Source: Nemertoderma westbladi (lineage: Eukaryota; Animalia; Xenacoelomorpha). Taken from it: a stretch of DNA of 64,000 bases. The notes below the pieces were generated by a model that was given only the letters and a program-made list of their open reading frames with translations, was not told the origin of the DNA and made no database searches. Below, in pieces: positions 63,226 through 64,000 of this stretch (the stretch's first letter is position 1; every line of letters begins with the position of its first letter). The stretch is from contig JAUCBJ010001692.1 in NCBI GenBank assembly GCA_032718475.1, forward strand, positions 8 to 64,007. Direction: 5' to 3'. The translations under genes were made by a program, and so were the position numbers.

Positions 63226-64000
63226 ATGACTTCCGTCGTTTGTGGTGAGAATATTGAAAGTTCCCTTTCCGATTCCTGCGTGTTCTGCTAGCTCAATATC
63301 GACCTCCCTTCCAACTAGATCACTGGTTTCGTTCAGGGAACCTTTTTAACAGTCGAAGTTAGATCTGTGCAAGGATATGTAGTTAGACCCTAGAGTTAGT
63401 GTCGTGAATAATAATGTTTGGTTTGACTTACAATGTTATTATTTGCTCTGATTTCTACAAGTCTAATAATTACTACCTCACCAATAATGTGAGTTATTGC
63501 AGCAAGTAAGTTGCGAATAACATATACACCAATAATACACAATAATAGTAATATAAAGATATAAGTAATAGAAAGAGATTACATTTAATGTAGAAGTACA
63601 CTCAAGAATGAAATCCTACACTAAATATTGTCATGTTAAATACACCAATATATTACCAATATCAACTAAACATCTGGCCGCTCTAATATTAGCACTTCAA
63701 TCAAGGCCCTTGTATGTAAACTCCAATCTCTGATACTCCCAACCAACTCCCAAACAATATTGTCTCCCTTTGTTCTGCACAACAATGATTCCCGTATACA
63801 TTTTATACACTCCTATTGTAATACAACCACCTCGTATAATTATTGCACCTTTTGGCTTCCACTAAAAGGCAGTGTTTAATGGGTTTGGCTATTTATTGCT
63901 TCCTCCCTCTTTCTTTGTTCATCACTCTAACACACTTAGTCATACCGCACTATAACTCAATTTGTTAGCAATATTACATCCACTGTTGCTACTCCCTTAA

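Noticed and set aside
63230-64000. Possible LTR or DNA-element end at the window edge
   Set aside because: No partner terminus, TSD or coding motif within the window.

Overview
AT-rich eukaryotic (probably invertebrate animal) DNA made almost entirely of nested transposable elements. The core (17662-54480) is a cluster of related BEL/Pao LTR retrotransposons. Element B (minus strand, 17662-48093, TSD AGTAT) has a younger sister element A (plus strand, 18544-31197, TSD GTATG) inserted in its 3' LTR. A solo LTR, a truncated LTR and a third deleted relative follow. The family has two unusual properties. First, there is no tRNA primer-binding site: the bases just after the 5' LTR are complementary to a site inside the LTR, with compensatory changes between A and B and a second co-varying U5-leader helix, which resembles Tf1-type self-priming. 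Second, an extra ORF after pol encodes a DEDDy-type 3'-5' exonuclease, three CCHC knuckles and a basic tail. Elsewhere there are an uninterrupted 671-aa ORF with a Gln-rich repeat and three cold-shock/OB-like repeats, hammerhead-like motifs, a CRE-clade retroelement split by a CR1/L2-group LINE, L2 and RTE fragments, nested MITEs, a hAT transposase remnant, and pseudogene fragments of EFTUD2 and a fibrinogen-domain gene. All calls are by eye, without database searches.
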